Of a stretch of DNA of 64,000 nucleotides, positions 1 through 14,143 are shown one piece after another. The DNA is from Octopus vulgaris (lineage: Eukaryota): contig OX597824.1 in the NCBI GenBank assembly GCA_951406725.2, positions 20,522,001-20,586,000 on the forward strand. Direction: 5' to 3'. The number at the start of each line of letters is the position of its first letter. The stretch's first letter is position 1. The translations under genes and the position numbers were made by a program. A model generated the notes under the pieces. It searched no databases, was not told the origin of the DNA, and saw only the letters and a program-made list of their open reading frames with translations.

Positions 1-362
1 TGAGATCGAAAGCAATTCCAACCGTGACAACCTTGTATCATCAAACGTAGCTTTTCTCAAACAATAATATCTAAAACGTCCTTCTCGTTTTGAAAAATAG
101 TAGTGGGTGTCATTTCGTAGAGATTCAGCTACTATTTCTAGCAATATCAAGTAGTTACACAGAAGTAACAAGAGCTTCTGCCGTAAGATCCTTGGATATT
201 TATCGACTTCGGATTTCTGTCTAAGGACTTCCTGAGACCTGCGTTAAGGGTACACGTATCTGTATAGTGCTCAGCCATTTGAACGTTAATTTCATGAGCA
301 GGCTGTTTCCGCCGGCCGAATCAACGAGAACCTCGTCGTCAAAATCGACGGGGTGCCCGATG

Positions 363-750
<388 letters not shown>

Positions 751-1821
751 TATACTAGACTAGACTACCCGTGACTCGTTGGGTCATCGGGAAACTCTGA
801 GTTTCCCAGCAACGAAGTTTTGTTTCGTTCGTGGGTTTCTTTTCTTTTCCAGGTTATTTCGCATGCTTTCAATGAATGTGACTTCAAAATCACGCGTAAA
901 CGGCTCCTTTCCCCAGAAAAGGAAATATTTGGTTGTTATTTCTTTCACGCCCTGCTACCACGTAACAGGAATTTCGGGTCCTTTATCGCTGTTACGTGGT
1001 AGCAGGGTGTGCTAGAAATAGCAGCTAAATCTTTCGAGGTGAGATAGGTTCAATGCACTCAAAAAAAAAACATGGAAAAAAAAAACTATTTCAAACCGAG
1101 GTTACGAAAGATTTACCGTATTTTTAAAGTCATTTTCACTTTAAAATATTTTTTAGATATGCCAAAAAACAACTTACATTTTTGAAATCAAATTCACTTC
1201 AAAAAATATTTCTAAACGATTAAAATATTGTGTTTAATAAAAGCAAAACTTCCTCAAGTCACACACTACAATCTCAGAGGCATTAACTGTGCACAAAAAT
1301 TACATTGGTGTATTAGTTACATTAGTGAAGATGTTCCACTCTTGTGGAACGAATTCTTCTTAACCACTCAGCCATGCATGCGCCGAATAACAACTTTTAT
1401 TTTTAAATAATCAACAATGTGTTCAATGTTTTAGAATTTTCAATAAATCAAAATAACCGAACACGCTACGCGTCTTGCTATTTCGGTGGCATTCATAATG
1501 TGAGACTTTGTATGATAAAGGTACATCACATTAGAACAACAATGTTCGAACGGAACAGTCATGGTGAAGTGGCAACGAACATTACTAGTGAGTACAACTA
1601 CTTCGTTGATCTCTTAGAAAGATTTTAGAAATAGCATTTTTACTTACTCTTTTACTTGTGTCAGTCATTTGACTGTGGCTATGCTGGAGCGCCGCCTTTA
1701 GTCGAGCAAATCGACCCCGGGACTTATTCTTTGGAAGCCTAGTACTCATTCTATCGGTATCTTTTGCTGAACCGCTAAGTTACGGGGACGTAAACACACC
1801 ACCATATACACACACACAGAT

Positions 1822-1872
<51 letters not shown>

Positions 1873-2073
1873 CTCTTTTACTCGTTTCAGTCATTTGACT
1901 GTGACCATGCTGGAGCACCGCCTTTAGTCGAGAAAATCGACCCCGGGACTTATTCTTTGTAAGCCCAGTACTTATTCTATCGGTCTCTTTTGCCGAACCG
2001 CTAAGTAACGGGGACGTAAACACACCAGCACCGGTTGTCAAGCAATGCTAGGGGGACAAACACAGACACACAA

Positions 2074-2134
<61 letters not shown>

Positions 2135-2303
2135 CATACAACAGGCTTCTTTCAGTTTCTGTCTACCAAATCCACTCACAAGGCATTGGTCGGCCCGGGG
2201 CTATAGCAGAAGACACTTGCCCAAGATGCCACGCAGTGGGACTGAACCCGGAACCATGTGGTTGGTTAGCAAGCTACTTACCACACACCCACTCCTGCGC
2301 CTG
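1873..2303 (-). mobile_element. tRNA-derived SINE, family A (internal (AT)n/(GT)n; tail ...ACTGAAACAAGTAAAAGAG)
   Basis: Near-identical to the copies at 13636-14050, 15118-15466, 30820-31221 and 62635-63068. Pol III-like head GGTTCCGGGTTCAGTCCC and CORE-like CTTGGGCAAGTG. An extra tail fragment lies at about 1643-1800. Confidence 0.85.
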
Positions 2304-2908
2304 TAATATATACATATATACAACAGACTTCTTTCAGTTTCCGACTAAAGGCGGTGCTCCAGCATGGCCGCATTCCAATGACTGAAACAAAAGATAAAAG
2401 ACAAAAACCTATTGCCCATACATATACTTGTCTATGAATTTGCGCATGCGCAACGCATCATGCATTGAAGAAATCTTCACAACGACGTATGAAGATGTAT
2501 GTTTTAGAGGGGTGGTGGTGGTGGTGGCAGTGGTGATGCTGTGGAAGCTCCGCCGCCAGGTGGACTGGTGCTTGGTATTTGTTTATCAGAGTCTCCTTCA
2601 ATGCCAGGTGTAGTCGGGTCGGTTATAAGATCCACTCACGTGTAGTAAATCAAACGTATTCACTGTTAAGTGCTAACATTACCCAAACAACCAACCCCCC
2701 CACCACCCACCAACCCCACCAACCCCACCACCACCGATTCCTGACCCGGTTGTTACTGATACGCCGCTGCTTGCTTTAAAACAATCGTAGCTTCATCAGC
2801 CGTCATGTTCTGTTAAATAGCTTCATTTCTATCAGCTGTTATTGTTCTTTTAGCAAGATGATCGAGTGGATCCATGACAGACTTTTCCGGGTTTTTTTTC
2901 GCCCAGTA

Positions 2909-3095
2909 TTACTCTTTTACTTGTTTCAGTCATTTGACTGTGGCCATGCTGGAGCACCGCCTTTAGTCGAGCGAATCGACCCCAGGACTTATTCTCTGTA
3001 AGCCTAGTACTCATTCTATCGGTATCTTTTGCCGAAGCGCTAAGTTACGGGGACATAAACACACCAGCATCGGTTGTCAAGCGATGTTGGGGCGA

Positions 3096-3140
<45 letters not shown>

Positions 3141-3286
3141 CACACACTTTCAGTTTCCGTCTCCCAAATCCACTCACAAGACTTTGATCGGCCCGAGGCT
3201 ATGGTAGAAGACACTTGCCCAAGATGCCACGCGGTGGGACTGAACCCGGAACCATGTGGTTGAATACCATACCTGTTCTCTGTATA

Positions 3287-3334
<48 letters not shown>

Positions 3335-3500
3335 ACATACGTATATAATACGACAGGCTTCTTTCAGTTTCCGTCTCCCAAATCCACTCACAAGACTTTG
3401 ATCGGCCCGAGGCTATGGTAGAAAGTACTTGCCCAAGATGCCACGCGGTGGGACTGAACCCGGAACCATGTGGTTGAATACCATACCTGTTCTCTGTATA

Positions 3501-3540
<40 letters not shown>
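2909..3540 (-). mobile_element. SINE family A with a local tandem duplication of its head and flank
   Basis: Family A sequence; a unit of about 215 bp including GAATACCATACCTGTTCTCTG is repeated (about 3147-3330 and 3362-3540). Confidence 0.8.
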
Positions 3541-3542
<2 letters not shown>

Positions 3543-4212
3543 TCTCTCACTAACTGACATGATTTCAGGCAAAGTGTTTTGAGTGGTAGAGAAAATCCGT
3601 AACAGGTTAATTGAAGTGTAATAGAGATGAGTTTCTAGAGATGGAATCTACACCGATATCCTGACAAAAATTAAATCTGCTCTAAAGTTTCTTGGTAGGT
3701 CGTCCTAGAAAGAGTTTTTAACGAAATTCGTCTTCGTAGGCGTGCGTTCTTCAATTTCGGTTAACCATACTCATACATTACATGAAAGATAAAGTGAAGC
3801 AGAATGGTTAAGAAAACCGCTTTGCGTCCACGAGCTACCGGGTTCGAAACCACTACGTTGCATCTCGGGTAAATGTTTTTCTATACAGTTTCAGGGCGCC
3901 ATATATCTTGTATGTGAACTTGGAACAGACGGAAACTGAACGTAAAGCTCGAGTGTGACAAGGCTGTGCATGTTTTATCAATTACAGGAACAGTCCAGCC
4001 GACGGGCTTCGATACCGTTTCCACCCGAGCAAGTTCACTTCCGAGGCTATAGAATACATTTGCCTGAGATGCTGGCAACATAACCGTATCCTAGTAGTTC
4101 GCTGTTGCCATGGAAGCTCCTTAATTATTCGGACATATTGCAATCCCACCATATGTGTGTGTGTGTATGTGTATGTGTGTGTGTGTATTATTATTATTAT
4201 TATTATTATTAT

Positions 4213-4251
<39 letters not shown>

Positions 4252-4439
4252 ACATTTATAGAAGACAAAAGACGAAGACAGGTGTATGAACAACAAGCAG
4301 GTGTGTTAGTTTGACGCTAACAGAAAGGAATAAGAGAACATAAAGAGAAAGAGAATGAAGAATAAAAAAAAACTTGTAGATTTAACGGTCAAGCATAGCA
4401 AGTGATTGGGAAAAAAAGAGGTTGAAAGAAAGTGTATAC

Positions 4440-4745
4440 ATATATAACGGGAAGCTTTATGAAAATAGACAAAAGACGAAGGCAGGTTTACGGAAATAAA
4501 CAAAAGACGAAGGCAGGTGGAATACAAACAAACAATTGTATTAGTTTGGCGCTCAGGAAATATAAATGAAACAAGTCTTTAACGTTTCGAACCTACGCTC
4601 TTCAACAGAAAGATACACAGAGAAGAAACACAGAAAGAAGGAGAGAAAAAAAATGCGTGCAGAGGCTAGCGAATCAACATGGCGATCTGATTTCGGCCAG
4701 AAGTCAAAGATCAAACGTGAGACGCAAGAGCGAAATTAGGGGAGA
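4440..4745 (-). mobile_element. Penelope-like terminal remnant with a hammerhead-like motif
   Basis: Reverse complement of 43270-43495; motif TCTTT-CTGTTGA-A-GAGCGTAGGTTC-GAAACGTT-A-AAGA; bounded by (TA)n. Confidence 0.55.
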
Positions 4746-4763
4746 TATACATATATACACGTA

Positions 4764-4864
<101 letters not shown>

Positions 4865-5185
4865 AAGGCGCATAGTTCAGTGGTTAGAGCGTCGAGCTTA
4901 CGATCGTGAGGTTGTGAGTTCGAATCACGGACCGGGCTGCGTGTTGTGTTCTTGAGCAAGACACTTTATTTCACGCTGCTCCAGTTCACTCAGCCGTAGA
5001 AATGAATTGCGAAGCTGTATCGGACCCTTTGCTTTTCCCTTGGATAACACTGGTGGCGAGGAGAGGGGAGGCTGGTATGCATGGGCGACTGCTGGTCTTC
5101 CATAAACAACCTTGCCTGGACTTGTGCCTGGGAGGGTAACTTCCTAGGTGCAATCCCACGGTCAGTCATGACCGAAGGGGGTCTC
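4865..5185 (+). mobile_element. tRNA-derived CORE-like SINE
   Basis: tRNA-like head (AGTGGTTAGAGCG...GAGTTCGAATC) and GTGTTCTTGAGCAAGACACTT; a related copy lies at 27118-27365. Confidence 0.75.
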
Positions 5186-5229
5186 AATATATTTATATAT
5201 GAGACCAACATTGAACGTAAACCGCTATA

Positions 5230-5587
5230 TACTCTTTTACTTGTTTCAGTCATTTGACTGCGGCCTTGCTGGAGCACCGCCTTTAATCGAATAACTCGAC
5301 CCCGGGATTTATTGTTTTTGTAAGCCCAGTACTTATTCTATCGAGATCTTTTGTCGAACCGCTAAGTGACGGGGACATAAACACACCAGCATCGGTTGTC
5401 AAGCAATGCTAGGGGGACAAACACAGACACACAAACACACACACGCATATATATATATACATATATACGACGGGCTTCTTTCAGTTTTCGTCTACCAAAT
5501 CCACTCACAAGGCTTTGGTCGGCCCAAATCTATAGTAGGAGACACTTGCCAAGGTGCCACGCAGTGGGATTGAACCCGGAACCATGT
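5230..5587 (-). mobile_element. SINE family A copy
   Basis: Same head, body and tail sequence as the other family A copies. Confidence 0.8.
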
Positions 5588-5733
5588 ATATGTATTTATA
5601 TATTTTTTAAAAATGGAACAAGAACGTAACAGGCGACAACAAAACATCCGGACAGTTAGACAATACAAATAAGAGCAGGAAAAAAACAAGGACGGGTCAT
5701 TCGGAGCTTTCGTGCACGCGTGTGTATATGGGG

Positions 5734-6120
5734 AGGAAGCACTCCGTCGGTTACGACGACGAGGGTTCCGGTTGATTCGAATCAACGGAACAGCCTGCTC
5801 GTGAAATTAACGTGCAAGTGGCTGAGCACTCCGCAGACACGTGTACCCTTAACGTAGTTCTCGGGGATATTCAGCGTGACACAGAGAGTGACAAGGCCGG
5901 CCCTTTGAAATACAGGTACAACAGAAACAGGAAGTAAGAGTGAGAGAAAGTTGTGGTGAAAGAGTACAGCAGGGATCACCACCATCCCCTGCCGGAGCCT
6001 CGTGGATCTTTTAGGTGTTTTCGCTCAATAAACACTCACAACACCCGGTCTGGGAATCGAAACCGCGATCGTATGACCGCGAGTGCGCTGCCCTAACCAC
6101 TGGGCCATTGCGACTCCTCC
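5734..6120 (-). mobile_element. tRNA-derived SINE, family C
   Basis: Reverse complement of 30230-30613; flanking repeat CGCGTGTGTAT. Confidence 0.85.
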
Positions 6121-7069
6121 GCGTGTGTATGTACACATACATGCAACATGCAAAGGGTTTTTTAACCCATTATTTACATTGTTGTCTGCTTCGAGTTTCA
6201 CCGTTCGAAAACCAGAACAATGTTCTTCTGGAAGTTTGTAAATTCTTATGACGTCAACATGCAGGGAGAAAGAACGATAGATAGATACAAAAAGAAAAGG
6301 CGGGAGAGAGAGAGAGAGATACAGATATTCATGCAGATGGAAGAGACAAACAAACAGAGAATCACAGATAGATAAAATAAATCCGCTTGTATTATTTGAA
6401 TGAGCTTTTGTAGAGAAAGCTTGAATCTTGTGTAGCAGAGAAGGAGCAGCGCAGTACGGCAGCAACAATAACATATCGGTTTAAATTAAAATTCTGAAAC
6501 TAGATAACCGAATAAGAAAAAAAAAATGAAATCACAGACAAGATAGAAGAACCCATCCATCCGTGATACCCAGCTGCCACCAAAATAGACATTTAACTCA
6601 CTGACATAAGTATTTTATGTCAACAACGTGAGAGAAAGCAGTATTTTCTTAACCTTTGACTTAATCTTCTTAAAATGAATAACTTTTATTAGACTGGATT
6701 TATTTATTTGTTTAACATGTAAGCAGATACATTCACATACTTATAAGCAAAGAAAAAGAGGAAGGAAGAAAAAAAAAAAAGCCTAGATACTCTTGTAAAT
6801 CCCCCGAACATTTTGAATGAGAGAAGAAAGAGACACATTACAGAAATCTGTGCAAACAAACGCCCGTACACTATATATATGCGTATACATACACCTACAC
6901 ACACATTATATATATACATATATATATATATGTGTGTGTGCAGAGAGAGAGAAATATAAACGGAGTATGCAAGTATACAACAGCCATGCGTATGAAACAG
7001 ACAGAACTCGCTTGAAATAGAAATTCTAATTTATTCATAAATATTAATGATATTTGGGGGAAAAACTTT

Positions 7070-7502
7070 GGATCTTTTCGGTTTGAACGGCAGTTTGTAA
7101 CATAATTTCCACGTAACTAAACACTTTTAAACTTCGTATACTGGTAGAATGTGTTTATAAAACATCTTTTTCTCTAGGCTTTATTGACAAAATTCTATAG
7201 TTTGTAAGACATTGTTTTTTTCTTCAATTTCTGCAATTTCAACCAATCAGTGACGTCCATTGAGGTAAAAAAAAAACATTCTGTGCCGTATGAATATGTC
7301 CCTCGTTTAAGAAACAGATTGGGTTTATTTACATTTGTGAAGAAAAAAAAGATACCCTTCCCCCACCCCTAACTCTTAACCCTAACTAACCCTAACCCTA
7401 AAACAGATTGAAATGCAATAGATCGATACTAGGGTCATAATTATGGGTGACAATTTCATATGACACCGCTAGAAAAAACTGCCGTTTAAACCGAAAAGAT
7501 CC
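7070..7502. mobile_element. MITE with GGATCTTTTCGGTTTGAACGGCAGTTT TIRs and 8-bp TSD (Merlin-like)
   Basis: TIRs at both ends; TSD AAAACTTT at 7062-7069 and 7503-7510; internal CCCTAA repeats. Confidence 0.85.
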
Positions 7503-8036
7503 AAAACTTTCATGATCAGAATATTTTGGTAAAAGTTTCATAATCAGAGTACCAAAACTGAAAACTACTGTCTGTCTGTCTGTCTGTCTGTATGTATGTA
7601 TTATCTTTTACTTGTTTCAATCATTGGACTGCGACCATGTTGGGGTACCACCCTGAAGGGGTTTTTAATCGAAAAACTCGAGCTCAGGACTTATTTTTGA
7701 AGTGAGGCATTTATTCTATTACTCTCTTACTCTCTTTTACTCTTTTACTTGTTTCATTCATTTGAGTACGGCCATGCTGGAGCACCGCCTTTAGTCGAGC
7801 AAATCGACCCCAGGACTTATTCTTTGTAAACCTAGTACTTATTCTATCGGTCTCTTATGCTGAACCACTAAGTTACGGGGACGTAAACACGCCAGCATCG
7901 GTTGTCAAGCGATATTGGGGGGACAAACACAAACACACACACACTTATAGTTGAATGAGACCTGTATATATCAAATGGAATATAGTTTAATTAGTTACTA
8001 CAATATCGGGATATACAATAAACTGTGGTCATAAAA

Positions 8037-8089
8037 TGGTACTCTGAGTTTCAGAGAACCCCACAAAGGTGGATCACCATCTTCAGCCA
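8037..8089 (-). ncRNA. Minimal type I hammerhead ribozyme-like motif
   Basis: Minus strand TGG-CTGAAGA-(TGGTGATCCAC-CTTT-GTGGGGTTCTCT)-GAAA-CTCAGAG-TA-CCA; same stem III as the motif at 39159-39196. Confidence 0.55.
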
Positions 8090-8098
8090 ATGCATATC

Positions 8099-8254
8099 AG
8101 GCGCAGGAGTGGCTGCGTGGTAAGAAGCTCGCTTCCCAACCACACGGCTCCAGGTTCAGTCCCACTGCGTGATACCTTGAACAAGTGTCTTCTACTGTAG
8201 CCTTGAGCCGACCAAAGCCTTGTGAGTGGATCTGATAGGCGGAAACTGAAAGAA

Positions 8255-8331
<77 letters not shown>

Positions 8332-8518
8332 CCCAACCATCACTTGGAGGCCGATGATGGTGTTTATACGTCTCCGTAACATAGCGGTTCGGCAAAAGAG
8401 ACCGATAGAATAAGTACTAGGCTTACAAAGAATAAGTCGTGGGATCGATTTGTTCAACTAAGGGCAGTGCTCCAGCATGGTCGCAAGTCAAATGACTGAA
8501 ACAAGTAAAAGCATAAAA

Positions 8519-8520
<2 letters not shown>
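8099..8520 (+). mobile_element. SINE family A copy
   Basis: GGCGCAGGAGTGGCTG head, internal (AT)n(GT)n, tail CAAGTAAAAG. Confidence 0.85.
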
Positions 8521-8574
<54 letters not shown>

Positions 8575-8692
8575 TATTAAAAGGGATGTAGCCTTTTTCT
8601 CTACGGAAAAAATCTCCATCAGGAATTGTGGCAGTATATTAAAAGAACCTTTACGGTTAAAATTATAAATATCTCATAAGCAAGGGTTAAAG

Positions 8693-8907
8693 AAAGTTTT
8701 CTAAAGCCAATATACTGAAATCCACGTTTAATCTACTTGCTACAGAAAGTTGAACTGAAATGCGGGCAACTCTACCTTTGGAACATTTAAATTTCGAAAT
8801 TTAAATAACGAAATTTAAATGTTCCAAAGGTAGAGTTGCCCGCATTTCAGTTCAACTTTCTGTAGCAAGTAGATTAAACGTGGATTTCAGTATATTGGCG
8901 TTAGAAA

Positions 8908-8912
<5 letters not shown>
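8693..8912. repeat. Long inverted repeat (104-bp arms, 12-nt loop)
   Basis: 8693-8796 is the reverse complement of 8809-8912, with one mismatch seen; abuts (TA)n. Confidence 0.9.
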
Positions 8913-8962
<50 letters not shown>

Positions 8963-8982
8963 CAGTATATTGGCTTTAGAAA

Positions 8983-9034
<52 letters not shown>

Positions 9035-9871
9035 GATTTTGTTTAAAAGAGTGCGACAAATACAAGACAACCGTTAGTCAAGTGTCGCTGTAGAATAAGG
9101 TGACAAATTTACTTATACAAGCCATGAAGAGATATAGTCGATCGGAGGGGTTCCCACACATTCCCACCCGCCCAACTTCTCTGGCAAAGCTTGAGTAGAA
9201 GCGAAGCTATAGCAAAAATGCACTTGCTTTTACTAAGATTCCACGCAGTGGCATCGAACCTGGAACTACCTTATTGCATGGCGAACTTCTTAAGCATACG
9301 ATCATGCTTGCATCCGTTCCATCCAACAATGAAATTCAGTATTTCTACGCCATTACACCGCGTATTAACTCAATTTAACTCGTAACGTCAGCCCATGGAA
9401 ATACAATGTTGCACGTTGTTATCCGGTTCAGTGACTTGTTTTTTTTAGTCATTGATAATCCTGGCAGCAGATCGAGGAAAGAGAAATTTCTGGTTGCCAA
9501 TTTTAACAGCAATAATATGCAATAATGTGCAGTGTGTTCTTGTGATGCGTTAAGCAACAAAATGAGGCGTAATGACGAAAAAGTGCCAAAATGTCCGTTC
9601 ATACTAACTATGGCGATATCTAACGACTGAATTCTCATGTAAGGCTATTTGGATATTTACATTTATCTCGACAGATCATTGTGATTCTCGAAGTGATAAA
9701 GTTGAATGTATCGTCTTAAAGCTGGGTGTCAAAATTAAACCAGCTGAAAGGTATTAAATATGTCAGGTAAGAATGATAATTTTCACGGCTATAAATGAAT
9801 AAATATCGAGCGCGTGTGTGTGATTTTCGTGAATATACTCGTCAGGCCAAGTATATATAATATGAGGTTTT

Positions 9872-10103
9872 AAGGTGTCGAGTTGGCAGAAACGTTAGCA
9901 CGCCGGGCGAAATGCTTTGCGGTATTTCGTCTACCGCTACGTTCTGAGTTCAATTTCCGCCGAGGTCGACTTTGCCTTTCATCCTTTCGGGGTCGATTGA
10001 ATAAGTACCAGTTACGCACTGGGGTCGATATAATCAACTTAATCCGTTTGTCTGTCCTTGATTGTCTCCTCTGTGTTTAGCCCCTTGTGGGTAGTAAAGA
10101 AAT
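9872..10103 (+). mobile_element. tRNA-derived SINE, family B monomer (Meta-like central GCCTTTCATCCTTTCGGGGTCGA; tail ...CCCCTTGTGGGTAGTAAAGAAATA)
   Basis: A-box-like TGGCAGAAACGTT, B-box-like GAGTTCAA(A)TTCC, and a flanking direct repeat TATATAATATGAGGTTT (target-site duplication, TSD). Confidence 0.85.
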
Positions 10104-12125
10104 ATATAATATGAGGTTTCAGTCACGTGAAAAGACAGATAAATAGATAGATAGATAGATAGATAAAAGAGAGAGAGAGAAAGAGAGAAGGAGAGAGTAT
10201 TTCTTTATTCACCATAAGGTTGGGAAAAAGAGGGGACGATACGAGGACAGACAAAACAAACATTGGGGTCAGGGTATCGAATGAGACGAAACGTATGAAT
10301 AAACAAACAATTAAATGAGAATGAGTGATTAACAAAAAATGAAGCAGAAGATACGGTCGACCCCACAAACCACATACTCACACTGAAGACTTTGCTTTCT
10401 CCTTTTTTTATATTCTCGTTTAAACAGGTTCTTTCACTCGCAACATACTTGCTATAGACTTCCATCTTTTACGAAACACACTTTGCGACAGGCATTTCTT
10501 CTCCAGCCTTATTTTCCGTTTCATGTGGAAAACGAAAAAGTCGATTAGCTCGAAACTGGAGATGAACATGCTTGTTGCAATTCCTTTCACTCTCGTCTTC
10601 CATACTACCTCTTTCGAGAGAGAGAGAGACAGACAGACAGTGTGTGTGTGTGTGTGGTGGTGGTATTAAGTATATAAGCAAAAACACTTGCTGATGTGTG
10701 TGTAAATGTGATTATGTATATGTATGCACCCTGGATGTAGTTATGTGTGAGCAACCGTATGTATTGTTAAAAGGCTGCAGCTGTAACGGTAGGGTCTCAA
10801 GTTTAAGTTAACCGTAACAGATCTAGCTGGGGACACGGCAGTTGATAATCCCACGAGTGCTATCTGGCGGCTGTGTCTTCGATAATAGACATCAGCAGCG
10901 GCAGCAGCAGTAGCAGAGTTTCTTCAGTATTTCTCAAGAGTCGAAGATTAATATCAAAGGATGGTGCAGATGACTGACTGATGCAGTTGGCAGATGTTTT
11001 AAGAGCTAAAATACCAGTTCCAAGATCAGATCAACCAAAGACATCTGCTCAAAAACAACTCTAAAATCCTGTAATGTTAGCTGTGTTCAAATTCTAAATA
11101 TTTGTCGGGTTCTTTCTTGACATCACTTGAACCAAAAATGAATTAAAAAAAAAAAAAACACAAAAAAAAGCAAAACAGAATGACTATTGCAGAGGAAAAA
11201 TACTTTAAAAACCACATGCTATTCGTGCACAGTAAGAAGTACGTAAGTGTCCCAATAAATTGCAGAAAATACAAAGATTGTGAGTTCGATCTTCACATGC
11301 GTTATTTCATTTTTCTCTCGAGCGAATGCATATATACCATAATCGGTATTTTGGTGGTATTTAATCTACATTCTAAGTTCATATCCCGCCTCTGACATTA
11401 ATACATCGTCGACGAACTGGTAGGGAAAGATGATTTCGAGGTGGTGTAACGATTTAAGCTCTACAAAGCCGAAACCTTTCGGCTACTCCCTATACATGTT
11501 TCTCCTATAAATTGATCTCTGACCATGCTTCTCGCAATCAATAACTCAAATATATGACCATCACACCAATTCGGCTCTTCTCCACTTTCCTCCTAATCAC
11601 GGTTACCGACCTTGTCGTCCATACACCATGAACCTCTCTCATCCACTTCTTCCCCAAGATCTATTATTACATACGTGTCTGTGTGTGTCTGTGTGTGTAC
11701 GTGCCCTACCTCACACGCCTACACACAGACGCACACACTAACATATACATATATTTTTTGTTTTTTTATCTCGCCTCACACACACATACACACACGCACA
11801 CGCACACACTCACACATACACACACATCTGTTGCGTTACCAACCCTGTCTCCACACTTTTGGCTTTAAAAACCTACTTTGCTCTTGTTATCGTAAACTTC
11901 CGCATTTTACCATGTGTACTTCGTAAACATCAGTCGTTTTTTTTTCTCCCTCTGTTTGCCCGCCTCGGGATCTTTCTTTCCTCTCTCTTCCATCTTTATG
12001 TTTCCGACGAAGAGCTCCGCTCGAAACGTCATACCTTCCTGCTTCCATCTTTCCTGAGCGCCTATTAATAATAATACTGTAATTGCTCCACGTGTTGTTG
12101 TTTTTTCTGTTTTCCCGTTTGGATT

Positions 12126-12156
<31 letters not shown>

Positions 12157-12616
12157 ATACAAAATGGGACAAGAACGCAAAACATCCAGACAGTTAGGTG
12201 ATACAAAAATGGGACAACAAATCATCCAGATAGACGATACAAAGAAAACAAGGAGTTCCAAATTATCTTCGCAATTTCGGCTGATTATACTTGAGATTGC
12301 TCCAATCTGGCCAGCTCCATGGAAAGACTAAGCCAAGAGCCTAAGGTTCCTTGGAAGAAAGCAGCGAATGTATACAAAAACAAGGACAGAAGAAAATAGA
12401 CAATGCTACACAAATACAATAAAAATACAATAAAAATTATAACAGGACAAAACAACAGGTGTCTTTCGACTAAGGACGAATTAAATTAAGCTGGTGTGTG
12501 TGGAAATGAAGCTTTACGGCAGGGATAGGAGATTTCACAAACACAGGGAGGAATATCGATGTTGCACGGATAACGGCCATATAGGTATATGTGTATGTGT
12601 GTTTGTGTGTGTGTAC

Positions 12617-12666
<50 letters not shown>

Positions 12667-13133
12667 TTGCGCGTGTGCGAGCGTGTGTGTGTGTGTGTGC
12701 ATAGTATTCAATGTACAAACTCAATAGAAATGTCTGTTACTTTGATGTTAAATGTTAGACAGGTACAATAATTATTTCTCCGTTGGGAAATCTGCGTATC
12801 AGTGACTGTCGAGAAATACGGTAACGGAATGTCGATTTTTCTTTATAAAAACGGCAAGATCCTTGTGTGGCACTTAAATTTACATGATACTTTGGCCCCT
12901 GCCAACTGCTTACTTCTTCAGTGACTTCTGAGAAGACAGCAGGGAATATAGAAAGAAGCTAAAATATTTTACTAGCCTATGTTATTATGTCGGCTACGGC
13001 CTAGTGATTCCAACTCGCAACACCAGTTTTATGGGATCGCACCGAGCTGTGCCGATATAACGTAGGATAAATATAATGATAATAACAACAGCAACAACAA
13101 CAACGGCGACGATGATGATGATGATGATGATTT

Positions 13134-13535
13134 AAGGTGGCGAGCTGGCAGAAACGTTAGCACTCCGAGCGAAATGCTTAGCAGTATTTCGTCTGCCGCT
13201 ATGTTCTGAGTTCAAATTCCGCCGAGGTTGACTTTGCCTTTCATCCTTTCGGGGGCGATAAATTAAGTAGCAGTTACGCACTGGGGTCGATGTAATCGAC
13301 TTAATCCGTTTGTCTGTCCTTGTTTGTCCCCTCTGTGTTTAGCCCCTTTTGGGTAGTAAAGAAATAGGTATTTCGTCTGCCGCTACGTTCTTAGTTTAAA
13401 TCCCGCCGAGGTCGACTTTGTCCTTCATCCTTTCGGGGGCGATAAATTAAGCACCAGTTGCGTGCTGGGGTCGATCTAATCGACTGGACCCCCTCCCCCA
13501 AAATTTCAGGCCTTGTGCCTCCAGCAGAAAGGCTT
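13134..13535 (+). mobile_element. SINE family B dimer (second unit has an alternative tail)
   Basis: Two bodies joined at GAAATAGGTATTTC (13361-13374). Confidence 0.8.
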
Positions 13536-13635
13536 ATTATTATTCATATAATACTATACACTCACATGCACAACACACACACGTTTGCATATGATTACAT
13601 ATTTATAGACAGATAGATCGATACACACACACATA

Positions 13636-13777
13636 TGTAGCTTGCTAACCAACCACATGGTTCCGGGTTCAGTCCCACTGCGTGGCATCTTGGGCAAGTG
13701 TCTTCTGCTATAGCCTCGGGCCGACCAATGCCTTGCGAGTGGATTTGGTAGACGGAAACTGAAAGAAGCCTGTCGTA

Positions 13778-13840
<63 letters not shown>

Positions 13841-14050
13841 TTGTGTGTCTGTGTTTGTCCCTCTAGCATTGCTTGACAACCGATGCTGGTGTGTTTACGT
13901 TCCCGTCACTTAGCGGTTCGGCAAAAGAGACCGATAGAATAAGTACTGGGCTTACAAAGAATAAGTCCCGGGGTCGATTTGCTCGACTAAAGGTGGTGCT
14001 CCAGCATGGCCGCAGTCAAATGACTGAAACAAGTAAAAGAGTAAAAAGAG
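13636..14050 (+). mobile_element. SINE family A copy
   Basis: Family A sequence with GTAAAAGA tail repeats. Confidence 0.85.
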
Positions 14051-14112
14051 TATATAAACAACCATATATAAACATATTCGCACACATGCAGAGAGAGAAT
14101 GGAGAGAGAGGA

Positions 14113-14143
<31 letters not shown>

